64,000 nt of DNA from Heptranchias perlo (GCF_035084215.1 NW_027139666.1:3038001-3102000), one strand, 5' to 3'. Shown: positions 1 through 11,368, counted from the stretch's first letter. The notes: generated by a model not told the origin, from the sequence alone. Program-made: numbers and translations.

Positions 1-218
1 GCGATGCGCTCGAAAATATCGTTCACAAAGGAGTTCATGATGCTCATGGCCTTGGAGGAGATGCCGGTGTCGGGATGAACCTGCTTCATCACTTTGTAGA
101 CGTAGATGGAATAACTTTCCTTCCTCGCCTTTCTCCGCTTCTTGCCGCCCTTGGCTGGTACTTTACTCAAGGTTTTCTTGGCGCCCTTCTTGGGAGCTGC
201 TTTCTTGTCCTCAGGCAT
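1..218 (-). CDS. H2B: Histone H2B, 5' part (3' end outside the window)
   Basis: Reverse strand from ATG 218 reads [72 protein letters not shown]; near-identical to the copies at 39303 and 62688. Confidence 0.95.
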   Translation of the reverse strand, partial: MPEDKKAAPKKGAKKTLSKVPAKGGKKRRKARKESYSIYVYKVMKQVHPDTGISSKAMSIMNSFVNDIFERI

Positions 219-267
219 TTTCAAACTCAATTTCAAACTCAGAAATGACCGAAATCCGCTCCGAGCT

Positions 268-420
268 CGGATTAAATAGGCAGCCCCACAGCCCTATGCT
301 AATGAGGGATGGGAAATATAATGATTGTGATTGGGACTGATGTCACAACATTTTTCCTTTATCGATCTGATTGGATATCTGAAGAAACCAATCAGATTTA
401 ATACCTGCCACCAATCACAA
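268..420 (-). promoter_or_regulatory. H2B promoter: TATA-like TATTTAA, octamer variant ATTAGCAT (296-303), several CCAAT boxes
   Basis: Motifs read directly; same layout at 39090-39250 and 62475-62640. Confidence 0.75.
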
Positions 421-470
421 ACACGCTCACACTGCACATTGTCCGGTTTGAGCAATTTGTTCCGAACTGT

Positions 471-502
471 TGCAGTTCTGCTTCCGGCCAGTAGATGTCC
501 CC
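471..502 (+). promoter_or_regulatory. CTCF-like bipartite site (TGCAGTTCT-N6-GGCCAGTAGATGTCCC)
   Basis: Resembles the CTCF core CCASYAGRKGGC plus the upstream TGCAG motif at the canonical spacing. Confidence 0.55.
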
Positions 503-659
503 AAACCCCGGGTTATTGAAGTTTGCAGATGAGAGAGGGACAGAAGAGAAACTCATTCTTCACATTATATTGCACGAGTGGGATTTAGAAAAACTGGAAA
601 TGGAGAACATTGTATTATACAAAGCATTAGTTGTAATGCTGTATTAAATGTTTGTAATT

Positions 660-975
660 AATTTAGGGGGTATAGCCTACACTGAGGAAAAATGCAAAAA
701 ATAAAAAAAAGAGTTTAATAAGCTTGCTGAAAGTCCGTGTCAATGGCCATTGAATTTCCATATAGAAAGGTGTGAGGTGGTGCATTTTGCTGGGGGAATA
801 ACGTTGCCACATACTGATTGGAAAATACGAGTCTAAATGAGGTCGAAGAGCAAAGGGATTTAGGGGTACAGTTTGACAAATCATTGAAAGTAGCAACACA
901 GGTTGTTCAGACCATAAAAAAGCAAACACAGCACATTCTCGAGGAATAGAATTTAAAAGCAGATAAGTTATTTTG
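660..975 (+). mobile_element. Decayed CR1/HER1-like LINE RT fragment
   Basis: Paralogs translate as FNIERCEVVHF..NK, resembling the young LINE at 57.7-58.6 kb (FNPEKCEVMHFG). Confidence 0.7.
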
Positions 976-984
976 AACTGTGAT

Positions 985-1625
985 TTAAACTGTCAAACCT
1001 TCTGCCAAACTATTAAACCATCCCTTTCTGAAATCCGTGATAACTATTCTTTATTATATTTTCGGTCTCTGGATTTTTTCTGTTGCATCAGTGATTAAAT
1101 GATTCCATGATCATTCCTACCACCGATGTTTGGTGAACTGGATTTGTTCTATCTCCTGTTTCAAAATAGAAGAATCACATTAACTGTAATCCAGTCCTCT
1201 GGCACTATTCCTTTATGTAATGATTTTTCCGATATATGTAACGGTGCCTCTGCTATCTCTTCCCTTGCTTCACTTACTATGTGCGGATGCAATCCATCTG
1301 GACCAGGAGTTCTACCACCATTTTAAAATAAATGTCTTGATATCTCTATTGACCTCTTCCTTTAATATCATGTTCACCCTGTTAATCTCCCGCGTAAATA
1401 CTGAGGGAAAGTAATAATTCAATATTTCTGCCATTTCGCTGACGTTACCTGTGAGTTTATCTTGTGAATCCCTGAGTGGCACTCAAGATATTCTGATTTT
1501 CCTTTTGTTATTTTTGTGTCTGTGGAATAATTTACTATTACTTTTTATATTCCTTGATAATTTGATTTCGTGGTTCCTATTTGCTTCCCTAATTGTTTTT
1601 GTGACTTCTTCCTAACCTCTTCCTA
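985..1625 (-). mobile_element. Decayed CR1-like LINE ORF2 fragment
   Basis: Reverse strand has relics of GPDGLHP and FASVFT-type motifs; inverted paralogs at about 37880-38520 and 61245-61915. Confidence 0.65.
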
Positions 1626-1805
1626 TTCGCATTTGCCATCCCCTTATTTAATATCTATGAATGAGAAATTCCACCAGCTTGTTGTGTCTGTTCAGGGGAT
1701 GATTTTTTGTAACGATTTATTGTCTGTGATTAAACTGCCAGAAACCCAAAGGGAACAATTCAGTCCGAAATTCCACAGAAACACTCTATTTCTCCATCCA
1801 AGTGA

Positions 1806-1877
1806 AATAAGGTGCTATAATGGTGAGTATAGCTGCCTTCCCAGCAGTTAATTCCAACAGGTTTGAATCCCAGCACG
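1806..1877 (+). pseudogene. tRNA-Gly(TCC)-derived pseudogene
   Basis: GGTGCTATAATGGTGAGTATAGCTGCCTTCCCAGCAGTT aligns with the tRNA at 11966; T-arm and acceptor stem degraded; downstream flank also resembles 12070-12125. Confidence 0.7.
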
Positions 1878-2129
1878 CTGAATTCAGAAACACCAAGACT
1901 GGAACCGAATTTGATGATGTTCAGAGCGATAATGTTTCCAAACGGGTCCAATTTATATAAAAAATATTTTAAAATTCATTTCTTCCACCATAACGTTGAA
2001 TTTAACTGTTCCTTTGTATTATTATTTGCCCTGATCTGTACGGTGGATAAAGGACACAATTGCACGGATCTGTGAAATTAATTGATTGTCTGAAGTTTTT
2101 CCCTCTGCTGATTCCCGTTCCTTATTTAA

Positions 2130-2255
2130 ATTATGTCGGATTAACCTTTCTGATCTATCGAAGGATCATTGACCTGAATCGTTAACCCGAGCTTCCCTTC
2201 TCCACAGATGCTGCCGGACCTGCTGAGTCTTTCCAGCATTTTCGGTTTTAATTTT
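2130..2255 (+). mobile_element. Penelope-like element 3' terminal relic
   Basis: gaaggatcattgacctgaatcgttaac...ccacagatgctgccggacctgctgagt...ccagcattttc resembles, from recall, an abundant shark retroelement end; inverted copies at 37255-37375 and 60615-60730. Confidence 0.45.
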
Positions 2256-2624
2256 TTCTATATTTTATCCCTTTCACTTTTGACGGTCGCCGTTGAAACT
2301 TCCAGATTTGCGCTCAGTTTTTATTTGTGTTGCAGTTCGGTATATTTGAATTAATATAAATCGTGTCATAAGAAATCAGACAGAAATTTTGCGCAATGTA
2401 GAGGGAAATATAATGGGGCAACTTTCGAACGATCAAAACAAAACTTTATTATGAATCAATTGTCTAATTTTTCACTGACAAAATATGAAAAAATACGAGA
2501 GTAGAAGTTACGGGGAGAAACTATTTCCTCACATTGCACAGTGTGCTGAATCTGTAACAACGACAGATGATGTGAATTTATTCCACTCTGTTACAGTTCT
2601 TACTAATGTCCAATAGATGTCAGA

Positions 2625-3200
2625 CTGTATGAGAGTGTGGGATTAATTCTCTGTCTGTCAGTCAGTATGTGAGTGTGAGATTAATTCTGTATCCGTCAGT
2701 CTCCAGTACAGTCTGTGAGTGTGGGATTCATTCTGTATCTGTCAGTCTCCAGTACAGTCTGTGAGTGTGGGATTCATTCTGTATCTGTCATTCTCTGGTA
2801 CCGTGTGTGAGTTTGGGATTCATTCTGTATCTGTCAGTCTCTGGCACTGAATGTGAGTGTGGGATTCATTCTGTATCTGTCAGTCTCTGGTACAGTCTGT
2901 GAATGTGGGATTCATTCTGTATCTGTCAATCTCTGGTACTATATGTGAGTGTGGGATTCATTCTGTATCTGTCAGTCTCTGGTTCTGTGTGTGAGTGTGG
3001 GATTCATTCTGTATCTGTCAGTCTCTGATACTGTCTGTGAATGTGGGATTCATTCTGTATCTGTCAGTCTCTGGTTCTATCTGTGAGTGTGGGTTTCATT
3101 CTGTGACTGTCAGTCTCTGGTATTTTATCTCAGTGGGGGATTCATCCTGTAACTCAGTCTATGGGAAAAGTGCAAGTCTGGATTCGTTCTGCATTCTTAT
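2625..3200. repeat. 46-bp minisatellite (GAGTGTGGGATTCATTCTGTATCTGTCAGTCTCTGGTACTGTGTGT-like)
   Basis: Period of 46 visible (ctccagtaca at 2701 and 2747). Confidence 0.9.
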
Positions 3201-3389
3201 TTCAGGTTGCAGTATAGTGCTTGAAACTGTTTCTTAAATTCATTAATATGTACAAATCTTTTGTCTGGCATTAATTTGTAAATATGGATACACTATTGGA
3301 TTTTGTTTTCATCTAACAACGTGTGTGAGTTTTGTTGTAGGATTATATCTTAATCTCTGAAGATAATGTACATGTCAATCTTTTGCTGT

Positions 3390-4570
3390 GAATTTTTTGG
3401 ACTCGTATTTAATGCGTAGCTCAGTCTGGACTAATGGAATTGATATTGTATCTTTCAGGCTGACACTGTATGAGATTTTTGACCTGGTATGTCATCTGTT
3501 GTTCTGTCTGTACAAATGGAATTGACACTCTAACTTTCAGTCAGACACTGCAAGAGATTTTTGGACTGGTTTGTAATGTGTAGCTCAGTCTGCACTGATG
3601 GAATTCATACTGAACCTTCCAGTCTGATACTGTGTCATATATTTAGGCTGGTTTGTAAGGTGTCGTTCACTCTGCACCAATGGAATTGATACTGTATCTT
3701 TCAGTTTGACACTTTTGGACTGGTATCTAATGTGAACCTCAGTCTGCACTAATGGGTTTGATACTGTATCTTCCAGTCTGATACCGTGTGAGGTTTTTCT
3801 ACTGGTATGTTACGTGTAGATCAGTCTGTACTAATCAAATCGATACTATATATTCCATTATGATACTGTACTTGATTTTTGGACAGGTATCTAATGTGAA
3901 TCTCTGTCTGCAGTAAAGGAATTGATACTGTGCCTTTCAGTTTGACACAATGTGATTTTTGGACAGGTAACTAATGTGTACCTCAGCCTGCACTAATGGG
4001 ATTGATACTGTATCTTCCAGTACGAGACTCTATGTGAATGTTGGACTTGTATATAATGTGTAGCTCAATCCGCACTGATGGAATTGATTCTGTATCTTTC
4101 AACCTGACACTGAGATTTTTGGACTTGTATGTGACGTGTAGCTCAGTCTGCACCAATGGGATTGATACTGTAACTTTCAGTCTCATACTTTATGATAATT
4201 TTGGACTGGTATCTAATGTGTACCTCAGTCTGCAGTAAAGGAATTGAAATGGACATTGCATTCTGACACTATGAGGTTTTTGGACAAATATGTGAGTCAA
4301 ATTTGGGTAACATCTGAACTGGTATCTAATGTGTATCTCAGTGTACAATGTGGTCATGAATACTGCATCTTTAAACTCATAATGTGTGAGAGTTGTGGGC
4401 TGGTACTTAATTTGAATCTCGGGTACACTATTGTGATTCATTCTGTACCTATCAATCGGTCCCATGTGTCAGTTCTATCTGGGATTTAATTTGTAGCTAA
4501 GGCTGAACTAACGTGAGATTGACACAGTGCCTTTCAATCTGATACTGGGTGTGATTTTGGACTGGGAATT
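3390..4570. repeat. Diverged ~82-bp satellite array
   Basis: Recurrent TTTTGGACTGGTAT...CTCAGTCTGCACTAATGGAATTGATACTGTATCTTTCAGTCTG. Confidence 0.85.
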
Positions 4571-4589
4571 ATTTATCTGCCGGTCAGCG

Positions 4590-5290
4590 GTACTGAGTCA
4601 TTGTGAAATGGAAATTCCGTCTGTCTCTCCTGCTCTGTTTGACTGTTGGATTGGGATCAGTATGCGACTGGCTATTTCTGCTGTCTGAGATTGTGGGACT
4701 GGTGACCTATCCTTGTCTCTGTGCTCTGTGAGTGTTAATGTACCTACTGTGTGTGAGAAGCAGCTGGCTGCATTGACTGCTCCACGTGCCTCGGGTGGAG
4801 TCAACATCACATTGATTGTGGGTCCTTCAAGGATTTGCCTGCAGGAAGAAAAAATATCGCTTGTAACTTAACAACAGGTGAAGTAGAAAATACAAACGTG
4901 ATCAATTGAATCTCTCTGTTAATAATCATTGTAATATCTACAAATAGAAAACCAGTGATACAAACAGTGTCAGTGTCTGACTCCACTGCAGTACTGCAGC
5001 ACTCAGCTTCTGCACACCAGGTGTGTTGGGCTGTTTTACAAAAAATTAGTGACATCCAGATACAACCCAACCCCTGCACTGATCCATGGGGCGGGAACCT
5101 TTGTACAGGTCAGGTTTCTAATCCCCTCTCCCATGGGACTAACCATAAAACCGAAACAAAACAGCCACTGTTTAAAATTTGTCCTTCAAACAGCTCACCT
5201 GATGCCTGCAATAGATGGTCTTTTTATAACTCCCCATATCCTTACTGTACGGCTCTGTTCACTGTTCAATAACAAACACTAAAGGTTAAT
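4590..5290 (-). repeat. Dispersed spacer module with the 14-bp palindrome CTGCAGTACTGCAG (4986-4999); one of 7 copies
   Basis: Other palindrome centres at 8634 (one mismatch), 28005, 34512, 48054, 52673 and 57439. Confidence 0.85.
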
Positions 5291-5299
5291 GGGCAGATA

Positions 5300-5520
5300 T
5301 GAAAAATCAGATTTAATTCCTGCCACCAATCACAAACACGTTCACACTGCACATTATCCGGTTTCACCAATTTGTACCGAATTGTTGCGGTTCTGCTTCC
5401 GGCCAGTTGATGTCCCCAAACCCCGGGACATTGAAGTTTGCAGATGAGAGAGGGACAGAAGATAAACTCATTCTTCACATTATATTGCACGAGTGAGATT
5501 TAGAAAAACTAGGAATGGAG
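5300..5520 (-). repeat. Orphan copy of the H2B distal promoter segment (CCAAT plus CTCF-like site), without an H2B gene
   Basis: Matches 388-605 but joins the palindrome module instead of the H2B core promoter. Confidence 0.8.
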
Positions 5521-6029
5521 ACGTGCTGCAAGTACATTTTGTTAGACCAAACACTATTTGTAATGCTGTGTTAAATTCTTCTAATCAATTTAGGGGGTAT
5601 TATCTATTCTGAGGAAGACTGTGAAGCTAGGAGAACGGCCGTGTAAATGCCCATTGAATTTCAATATAGAAAGGTGCGAGGTGGTGCGTTTCACTTGGGG
5701 GAATAAGGAGGCCACATACTGCTTGGAAAAGAAGAGTCTAAATTGGGTGGAGGAGCAATGTAAATCGTGTCCTGAGAAACCAGAGAGAAATACTGTGCAA
5801 TGTACAGTGAAATATAATGCGGTAAATTCACAACTATCGAATGAGTAAAACAAAAACCTTATTATAAATCAATTGTCTTCATTTTTCACTATCATAATGT
5901 GCAAAAATGCGAGAATAATTGTTACAGACAGAGACTTTCCTCACATTGCAGATTGTCCTGTTTCTGTCACCATGACAGATGATGTGAATTTGTTCCACTC
6001 TTTTACAGTTCTCGCTTACGTCCAGTAGA

Positions 6030-8060
6030 GGTCAGTCTCTGGTACTGTGTATGAGAGTGGGGTTTCTTCTGTGTCTGTCTGTCTCTGGGACTGTGTGTGA
6101 GAATGGGGTTTATTCTCGACCTGTCTGTCTCTGGTACTGTGCGCGAGTTTGGGATTCATTCTGTATCTATCAGTCTCCACTACTGAGTGTGAGCGTAGGG
6201 TATATTCTGCATCTGTCAGTCGAAGGTACTACATATAAGTGATGGATTCATTCTGTATCTGTCTATCTCTAGTACCTGTCAGTCTCTGGTACTGTCTGTG
6301 AGTGTTGGATACATTCTGTATCTGCCATTTTCTGCTATTTTATCTCAGTGTGGGATTTATTCTGTAATTCAGTCTCTGAGACAATGTGCAAGTCTGGATT
6401 CATTCTGTATTCTTATTTCAGATTACAGTATCGGATTTGAAACTATATTTTTAATACTTTAAAGTATATACAGTTCTTCGAGTATTTAATTTGTTAATAT
6501 GGATACAATTATCGGTTTTCTTTAATCAAACAACGTGTGTGAGTTTTGGAGTAATGTTACATCTTAATCTCTGAACTTTATTATGAATGATAATGTACTT
6601 TTCAGTCTGTTTATGTTGAAATTACTGGACTGGTATGTAATGTGTAGCTCAGTCTGCAATAATGGGATTAAGTCTATATCTGAGTCTAACACTATGAGGT
6701 TTTTGGACTGGTATGTAATATGTAGCTCATCTTGCACTAAAGGAATTGATACTGTATCTTTAAGTCTGATATTGTATGAGATTTTTGGACTGGAATGTGA
6801 TGTGCAGCTCAGTCTTCAATAATGGAAGTGATATTGAATCATTCAATCTGTTACTCTATGAGATTTTTGGACTGGTGAGTAACATATAGTTCAGTCTGTG
6901 CTGATGAATTTGATGTTGTATATTTGAGTCTGTTACATTATGAGATTCTTGGACTGCTATATAATGTGTGGCTCAGTCTGCACTCATGGAATCGATAATC
7001 TCTCTTTCAGTCTAATATTTTATGGGTTTTTCAGTCTGGGATGCAATGTACAGGTCAGACAGTGCTAATAGAATTGAAGCTGTATCTTCCAGTCTGAACA
7101 TTTATGAGGTTTTTGGACTAGTATGTAATGTGTAGCTCAGTCTGTACCAAAGGTATTGATAATGTATATTTCAGTATAATACTCTATGAGTATTTACCAA
7201 TATATCTAATATGTAACTCAGTCTGAACTAATGGAATTGATACAGTATCTTTCAATCTGACACTATGAGATCTTTGGACAGGTATGCAATGTATAACTCA
7301 GTCTTCAGTAATGTGACTGTGACATTCATTCTGTATCTGTCAGTTTGTGGTACTGTGTGAGTGAGATTCATTCTGTTCCTGGTAATCTATGTGAGTATGG
7401 GATTCATTCTGTATCTGTCAATTTCTTGTACTGTGTGTGAGTATGAGATTCGTTCTGTATCTGCCATCTCTGGTACTGTGTGTGAATGTGGGATTCATTC
7501 TTTATCTGTGTGTCTCTGTACTGTATCTGAGTGTGAGATTCATTCTGTATCTGTATCTAATTATTTTCCCCGATTACATTATGATATTCAATATGTACTT
7601 TAATATCATAATGTTTAAATAATTTTTCTCATTATTTAATTGGTAAATTTGGATAAACTTCAGGATTTGATGCTGGAGGTTTAAATCAGATAATTTGTGT
7701 GCTTTTGGACTACTATTAAATCTATATCTCTTTGAGTAATATTGTGAATGTTAATATATCTTTCAAACTGACATGGTGACATTTTTGAATTGCTATATAA
7801 TGTGTAGATCAGTCTGCACTAAATGAATTGATACTGCATTATTACATTTTATTTTATAACATTTTTGGACTGGTATGTAATGTGTATCTCAGTCTGTGCT
7901 AATAGAATTGATACTGTATTTTTAAATCTCATACTATGAGTATATTATAAACTGGTATCTAATATGTTACTTAGGTTACACTGTCACAGCATTTCTCAAT
8001 CTGATACTGTACATGAGTTTTGGACTGGCAATTTGTATTCGAATGGTACACTATTCGAAT
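6030..8060. repeat. Interleaved 46-bp and ~82-bp satellite arrays
   Basis: Same units as 2625-4570. Confidence 0.85.
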
Positions 8061-9099
8061 GGATACTGCATGATTAAACTCACGTGTGTGTGAGTTCTGG
8101 GCTAGTATTCAATTTGAATCTCGGGGTATCTGGTATTTAATTCATGGCTAATGTTGCCCTTTTGTGAAATTGACAATCTGAAAGCGAGATTTTGGACTGG
8201 GATTTTTGTATCTACCTGTTAGCGGGACTGAGTTCGGGAGAAATGGAACAGTGTCTGCCTCACCTGCTCTGTTTGACTGTTGGATTGAAAATGTGTCTCT
8301 GGAACTTTGGGATCAGTGTGGGACTGACTACTTCTGCTGACTGAGACTGTGGAACTGATGAGCTGTCTGTGTCTCCGTGCTCTGTGAGTGCTAATATACA
8401 TACTGTGTGTGAGAAGGAGTTGGCAGCACTGTTCCTTTGCCTCGGGTGGACGAAATTACACATTTAATCTGGCTCCTTCAAGGGTTTGCCTGTAAAAAGA
8501 AACGTATCTCTTGTAACTCAAGAACAGTTGAGGTGGAAAATACAAAAGTGATCAGTTTAATATCTGTTAATAATTATTTTGAATATCCACAATTGAAAAT
8601 CAGCGATACAAACAGTATCAGTATCTGACTCCACTGCAATACTGCAGCACTCAGCTTCTGCAGAGCAGGTGTGTTGGGCTGTTTTATAACAATTTAGAGG
8701 CATTCAGACACAACCCAACCACTGCACTGGTCCATGAATGGGACTACCCGATGTTCGGGTCAGGTTTCTAAACCCCTCACCCAGGGGACTAACCGTTCAA
8801 CTGAAAGCAAACAGCCGTTGTTTAAAATGTGTCCTTCAACTTCTCACCTGGTGCCTGCTCTTTGAATAACTCCCCACATCCTTACTGTCCGGCTCTGTTT
8901 CCACTCTTCAATGTCCAGTAACAATAAACAGGATGAGACTGGAAATAAACCAGGAACATTCACTGCTGGTTTGGGGAGAGAAAGCAGCAATGATTTTAAA
9001 TAGCAGTTTCTTCCCATTCTCTCTCCCTTCCCCTGGACACACCCTGTGCACAAACAGCCCGAGAATGACCTCTCCCTTCCCCCGCTCAATAGATGTTCC

Positions 9100-9420
9100 G
9101 GGACCAGTTCCTGATCCACTCCGCCTCTTACAAACAGCCCTCGGACTTCCCCTGCCCTTCCTTCGGACTCAATGGCGATCTGAGCCCATCTGCGGACACG
9201 GTCCCGATGCGATGAGCTGCTGTAACGAGGCTGCTCTTTGCTCCCTTCCCCCGGGGGCCGTGATCTCTCCATTCCCGGCTGTTTTAAAACATCTTCTTCC
9301 GCTCACTGAGGGAATGGCGCCCACAGGCCGAGCTGGGGGAGGGGAGCGCGCATGCGCTCTTCCGCTCACCAACAAGCAGCCCTGGGGGCGGGGCTGATTC
9401 ACGCATGCGCAGATATCTGG
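9100..9420 (-). promoter_or_regulatory. CpG-rich promoter-like module (2 NRF1-like GCGCATGCGC, ETS CGGAAG, GC box), copy 1 of 3
   Basis: Motifs read directly; inverted paralogs at 27210-27600 and 47260-47650; strand is relative to those copies. Confidence 0.5.
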
Positions 9421-10449
9421 TAAAATTCCCAATACAAAAATCGATGGAAACTTTCCCCAATTGGAATTTTTCAGAGTCTGAGCAAAGGAAGTGGGGCTGG
9501 GGGAAAGGTCAGAGGGAATGGGGTCCACAGGCAGTGCAGGAACAGGCACCAGAATGGGAAACAGATGGGATTCCACCAGTGCCGAACGCTGGAATCCAGA
9601 CTGACTTTACAATCTCTAACTATTAAACTTGATGTTTCCATCCTTGCTGTTCCTGTCCATATCTTGTGATGGTAAAGAGCCTTTCATAGATTAAGTGGGC
9701 GGCTGTGGAATGAGCCAAAGGATTCTGTTCATTTTTGGCCCCTCTACTGATAAATGAACGTGTGACTCCGAAACTGGAGGGTGGATTTCTCAGACGAATC
9801 CTGGAGAAACATGGGAGGAAAGTGGGAGTTGGTGTATTTGCTGGGACCGTGTAGAATTAATATCTGACAGCAACAATCCCAGATTAATTTAACCGGAGTG
9901 AAATTCTCGGTTACTAAGAGTAATATCGAACAGCCTTGAGCTGCAAAACTTCAGATGGTGCAACAGGCAAAAGAGGGTTAAATGTGGCTTATTGTCTTTC
10001 TCACTCTCTGCACTGTCCCTGAGTGTGGGATTAATAGTGTTTCTGTCCCTTGTACAATATCAGTGAGAGATGAGATTGCATCTTCTGTCTCTCCAACGCG
10101 ATCTTTCTGGATAAAACAGAACTTTACCGGTTCTCTCACCGCTCTCTCTGTCTCTCTCACCGTGTCTGCTTCCCTTTCTCTCTCTCTGGCGCTGTTTCTG
10201 AAGGTGGATATTGCTATTGTGCGTGATTTAGACACTGATACGAAGTCTAAGACTGATACTGTTTCTCTCTCTCTAGTGCTCACATGAAGGTGGGATACTG
10301 TCTGATATAAAACAGAGAGAATGAGATGTCCGGGCCGGGCCGCACTATAACTGGGGATGTGTTCGGCATCAGTCCAAGTTAATGGTCATTATATTTTCAC
10401 AGATTCAGGGCGAGTGTCTTTGTCAGACGGTAACGCTGGCGAAGCTAAT

Positions 10450-10945
10450 TTAGTTGCGACTTTTAGTAATTTGTGTGTCTGTACCCCTCGATCCCTTTGC
10501 TCCTCTATCCTGTTCAGACTTATTATCCAAACAATATGTGAGCTCCTTATTCTTCAGTCTGCAAGTTTATTAATGTCCTCTTGCATTTTGACACATTCTT
10601 CCTTTGTATTAACTGTACCCCCCAATTTGGTGTCAAAGTCAAATTTTGAAATTGTACTTCCGATTCCCGAATCCAAATCGTTAATGTTAATTGTAAACCA
10701 CTTCCCACTTTTTGCCACTCCAAGCAACTAACCGTAACCCCTATTCTCTGTTTTCTGTTTTGTCGCCAGCTTGCTTTCCATTCTGCGACCTGTCCCCTGA
10801 CTCGACGGACACTAAACTTTGCCATGAGTCCACAATGCGGTACCTTACATAAGGCTTTCTGAAAATCCAAATGTATTACATCTACCAGGTCACCCTTATT
10901 TACTCTTTCTGTTAATTAGTCAAATGATTTAATAAGATTGGTCCT
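10450..10945 (-). mobile_element. CR1-like LINE RT fragment
   Basis: MDFQKALCKVPHCGLMAK...W..SW..NRKQRIGV, then a degenerate YINDL / SKFADDTKLGG region. Confidence 0.75.
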
Positions 10946-10960
10946 GTCCTTGTCCTGTTA

Positions 10961-11368
10961 TTAGATTAAATTTTGGCCGCTTCGCTTGTTCTTGATGCTC
11001 CCAGCGCTTTTCTTCGGCAACAGCACGGCCTGGATATTAGGCAGCACCCCGCCCTGAGCGATGGTCACCCGTCCCAGCAGCTTGTTGAGCTCCTCGTCGT
11101 TACGAATGGCCAGCTGCAACTGTCTGGGGATGATGCGGGTCTTCTTGTTGTCGTGGGCCGCGTTGCCGGCCAGCTCGAGGATTTCAGCCGTCAGATGCTC
11201 GAACAAAGCAGCCAGATAGACCGGGGCTCCGGCACCCACACGTTCAACGTAGTTCCCCTTTCGCAGGAGGCTGTGAACACGGTCCAAAGGGAACTGCAGT
11301 CCGGCCCGGGATGAGCGAGACTTGGCCTTGGACCGAGCTTTACCGCCGGTTTTTCATCTTCCAGACAT
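10961..11368 (-). pseudogene. Histone H2A pseudogene
   Basis: ATG TCT GGA AGA TGA: codon 5 GGA changed to TGA; several substitutions; the stop TAA is lost (CGA); the 3' stem-loop is replaced by LINE sequence; promoter TATA kept to about 11468. Confidence 0.92.

Noticed and set aside
8844-9626. 100-250-aa ORFs over the CpG module (also 27050-27793 and 47098-47673)
   Set aside because: GC-rich overlapping ORFs on both strands; frame and length differ among the three paralogs; no known domain
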